A stretch of DNA of 63,030 nucleotides, the filler included, from Octopus bimaculoides (Eukaryota): assembly GCF_001194135.2 (NCBI RefSeq). It is 3 parts of 3 records of this genome, joined end to end, with 100 filler letters (N's around TTAATTAATTAA, not from the genome) between each part and the next. Parts side by side here need not be neighbours in the genome. Positions count along the whole stretch, not along the records: positions 59,245 to 63,030 come from NC_069003.1; 2 more parts are not named here. One strand, written 5' to 3'. This document shows, piece by piece, positions 60,560 to 63,030 of the stretch. How positions within the stretch are numbered: the stretch's first letter is position 1; each line of letters starts with the position of its first letter. Made by a program: the position numbers and the translations under genes. The notes under the pieces are model-generated. The model saw nothing but the letters and a program-made list of their open reading frames with translations. It had not been told where the DNA came from and did no database searches.

Positions 60560-60830
60560 GCTCTACCATGATGTCAAGTCTCGAAACAATGCACCCTTTT
60601 GTACACCTATTGTTGTTGTGTCGCTCCAGGCCAGCCTCGCCATTGCAGATCAATGATCAACGGCCCTCTAGCCGTGAACACGTTTCGATTACCTTCTGTA
60701 GAAGTCTACCTGATCCAAAAGATTTCTTCCCCCGCTTTCTTCTACATTAGCCGCAGAGATGTTTCAAGGAGACCGCGCACAAGTCTAGAATCTCACACGG
60801 TTCCGCTGTGTACATACATCTATAAAGAGA
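60560..60830 (-). promoter_or_regulatory. Putative promoter / first-exon region of a minus-strand gene
   Basis: GC- and CpG-richer unique sequence between GA microsatellites; gcaATGGCG at 60643. Inference only. Confidence 0.35.
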
Positions 60831-60884
60831 GAGTGTGTGTGCGAGAGGGAGAGAGAGAGTGTGTATGCGAGTGAGAGAGAGAGA

Positions 60885-60923
<39 letters not shown>

Positions 60924-61693
60924 CGAGAGAGAGAGAGGGAGGGAGAGAGAGCAATTTATATATACAGGTACATGAAGACATAAGATGCACTTTGAAATAC
61001 CAGAGAAGCGTGTTAATATAGCTTAGCTGAAAACGGCATTCGCTTGAACATAAACACACAGATATCTTTCATGACATATATTTGAATATAAACATCAATA
61101 TATCTGTATAAATTTATATAGACCCTTAGACACAAACACAAACACACATATATATATATGTATATATATAGAGATAAAATACCTATGTGTAAACGCGTGT
61201 GTATGTGGATTATATACGCTCCTTATACTTTTGTGCCCGGATGAACATTATTATTATTTGGAAATGTTTGCGGTAAGTGTGATAATTTTTGTTTTTCGTA
61301 GTGTTACTATCCACCCTGCTCCCAGGATATGCTGCTTTTCTTCTGAGTGTAATTTCCCCTACTTTCGAATATATAAGGTAGAATAGATGCGAAGTGAATC
61401 CTAAAAATACATATATTTTTTTTTTATACAGGATACGACAAAGATTTGGTCGCTAGTTGTTGCGAGACCACGATCCTCATTTTCTTGGTGCCATATGGAA
61501 GTTATTGATAGGAGTGGTACGACTCTCTGAGTTCTACATCAGCAACATTATATAATACATCATCTACGTAAAGGATATACAGGACCTCATAATAATATGC
61601 ATAACATATATAATAATCACGTGTGTCTATAATCTAACATCATTTCATAAAATTCTGTATAAAAATGATCCCATAAATAAAACATATGGTAAT

Positions 61694-61765
61694 TGCTATC
61701 ACCAAATACGAACCAGTGACCCGTCGGACGATAAGCCGATACCTTCCTAACTGAGCTATAGTAAC
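61694..61765 (-). pseudogene. Degenerate tRNA-like sequence (tRNA pseudogene or SINE head)
   Basis: GTTACTA TA GCTCAGTTAGG..TCGG-CTTATCGT-CCGA..GGTC ACTGG TTCGTAT TTGGT GATAGC A; A box intact, several stem mismatches. Confidence 0.55.
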
Positions 61766-62289
61766 CACCGGAAAAACGCTGTGTATTTTAGCTATATATT
61801 TCATAATGGTCGCAGTAAGAATATTTAATTGAAGAATACTAAACAAAATACAATGGTTATTAACAAAAAGAAAGTTTTTCTGTGTAATAGGTCATTTTAT
61901 ATATATATATATTCACCAGTTTTTTCTCTTTATATGTGTTTATACATCGCACGCACGTGCATGTATGAATATGCATGTTTGTATATCATGCATTTATGTG
62001 TGTGTTTGTGTGAGTGTGTGAGAGTGTGACAAATGATTGTGATGTGTGTTAGTATGTATATATGCGCATGAATATATTCTTTAAAAAATATTAAATTCCA
62101 TCTGAAAGGTATTTCTAGAAAATCTCATCAAAAAATACAAATTTTTCTATGAGTTGTGAAGAAACAAAGTCACACATGTATAGGTATCAGGTTTTTTTTT
62201 ACGTCCTGTACCCATATATGCATGCATATATACATATATATATGTAAGAATGTACCTGTATGTGTGTATATATGCATAAATATTATATA

Positions 62290-62354
<65 letters not shown>

Positions 62355-62357
<3 letters not shown>

Positions 62358-62545
62358 GAGAATATACAAATAATAACAACAGACGAGGACAGGTGGTGTA
62401 AATAACAAAAGTATATATTAGTATGACGCTCGGGAATACGGAAAGTCTTTGACGTTTCGAGCTACGCTCTTCAACAGAAAGAATACGGAGACAAGGAGAA
62501 AAACACGGAGAAAAAAAATTGAATAGTGTTCAGTCAACGGTCAAA
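62355..62545 (-). mobile_element. Solo PLE-like terminal repeat containing the CUGUUGA hammerhead, abutting (TA)n
   Basis: Homologous to ~8690-8830; 3' end runs into the (TA)n tract at ~62290-62355. Confidence 0.65.
62446..62482 (-). ncRNA. Minimal type I hammerhead motif with CUGUUGA core variant
   Basis: TCTTT CTGTTGA A GAGC GTA GCTC GAAAC GTC AAAGA: 5-bp stem I, 4-bp stem II, palindromic ACGT stem III, GUC triplet. Confidence 0.75.
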
Positions 62546-62672
62546 CGACGGGCTTCTTTCAGTTTCCGTCTACCAGATCCATTCACAAGGCTTTGGTCGG
62601 CCTGAGAGTTATAGCAGAAGACTCTTGCTCAGGTTGCCACGCAGTGGGACTGGACCCGGAACCATGTGATTG
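62546..62672 (-). mobile_element. SINE family A, 5' part, CpG-intact
   Basis: cgacgggcttctttcagtttccgtctacc...gccacgcagtgggactggacccggaaccatgtg. Confidence 0.85.
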
Positions 62673-62774
62673 GAAATATATATTTTAAAAGCCCAAACAT
62701 TCAGCGTTTTGTTTATAAAATGTCGCATTAGAAAAGCTATGATTTAGCATTGAAATTGACGGGAATTGTAGTCA

Positions 62775-62846
62775 GAGACTGTTTAGATTAATGGTAGAGC
62801 ACTCAGCTGGTATCTGCGGGCTACAGGTTCAAATCCTGTATATGTG
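62775..62846 (+). pseudogene. Degenerate tRNA-like sequence
   Basis: TGGTAGAGC D-loop-like motif, CAG-CTGGTAT-CTG arm, perfect T arm ACAGG TTCAAAT CCTGT (62823-62839); acceptor stem not paired. Confidence 0.45.
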
Positions 62847-62993
62847 TGTGTGTGAATGTATGTACCGGTAAACGTGTGTGTACAAATATACACACACCTA
62901 CACATGCGTGCATGTGTAGGTAAATAAATACAGATTTAAGATTACATACACATACATAATGTTATATGTGTGCAAATGTATACATACATATGT

Positions 62994-63030
<37 letters not shown>

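Overview
Eukaryotic, AT-rich, gapped scaffold (11 N-runs) that is almost entirely intronic/intergenic repeat. The SINE families, RTE-type (GAT)n tails and microsatellite load resemble Octopus genomic DNA; this organism call is my recognition, not a database result. There is no prokaryotic content, no CRISPR array and no intact long host ORF. The window holds decayed DNA transposons: several mariner copies, DD37D Tc1/mariner, a full-length hAT with an 8-bp TSD, a MULE with a 9-bp TSD, Sola2-like, piggyBac, pogo/Tigger, Helitron and MITEs. It also holds RTE and CR1/L2-type LINE fragments, at least five SINE-like families and many Penelope-like element (PLE) remnants, including an RT plus GIY-YIG ORF at 53.85-55.3 kb. 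The most interesting signal is three families of minimal type I hammerhead-ribozyme motifs. One family sits in a tRNA-derived SINE-like element whose three copies all fold back at the 5' end; one copy is a 466-bp head-to-head palindrome with a 12-bp TSD, which suggests a PLE-mobilised SINE or retrozyme. CpG retention rises after about 55.6 kb. Together with a few splice-flanked segments, this suggests a minus-strand host gene starting near 60.7 kb and running leftwards; it is unidentified and low confidence.
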